Shown here one piece after another: positions 64,000-64,000 of a DNA stretch of 64,000 nucleotides. The stretch comes from an uncultured Chloroflexia bacterium (GTDB lineage: Bacteria; Chloroflexota; Dehalococcoidia; UBA2979). The DNA is taken from the NCBI GenBank assembly GCA_963728205.1, contig CAVSIV010000006.1:1440001-1504000 (forward strand). Direction: 5' to 3'. The notes beneath the pieces were generated by a model, which was not told the origin of the DNA, made no database searches, and worked only from the letters and a program-made list of their open reading frames with translations. How positions within the stretch are numbered: position 1 is the stretch's first letter; every line of letters begins with the position of its first letter. Both the position numbers and the translations under genes were made by a program.

Positions 64000-64000
64000 A

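Overview
Very GC-rich bacterial chromosome segment. A monoderm-type flagellar gene set, an LPXTG protein and CsrA/FliW suggest, by inference only, Chloroflexota of the Dehalococcoidia/Tepidiformales type. In order: trypsin-like lipoprotein (partial), enoyl-CoA hydratase, HtrA; a cobalamin-riboswitch-controlled corrinoid salvage operon (btuFCD-cobO-cobT-cobS-cobU); a PLP aminotransferase; a GNAT-GNAT-methyltransferase operon behind an apparent leader-peptide attenuator; a signalling cassette (c-di-AMP/ydaO riboswitch upstream of a tiny Zn-ribbon gene, degenerate HD-GYP, a second Zn microprotein, NarL-type and CheY-like regulators) abutting a ~22 kb flagellar cluster (flbD motAB fliLM fliY/N fliOPQR flhBAF ycgR-like fliA ... 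flgFG flgMNKL fliW csrA) that contains an LPXTG-anchored protein and an enlarged FlgG; an unexplained structured non-coding region after csrA; an OmpR/HK/PDZ operon; and a branched-chain amino acid region (plant-type ilvC, ilvBN with leader peptide, leuACD, leuB, cimA) interrupted by UvrA-like and phosphotransferase genes. Three families of REP-like palindromes are dispersed through the window. Many single-base frameshifts are most likely assembly errors.
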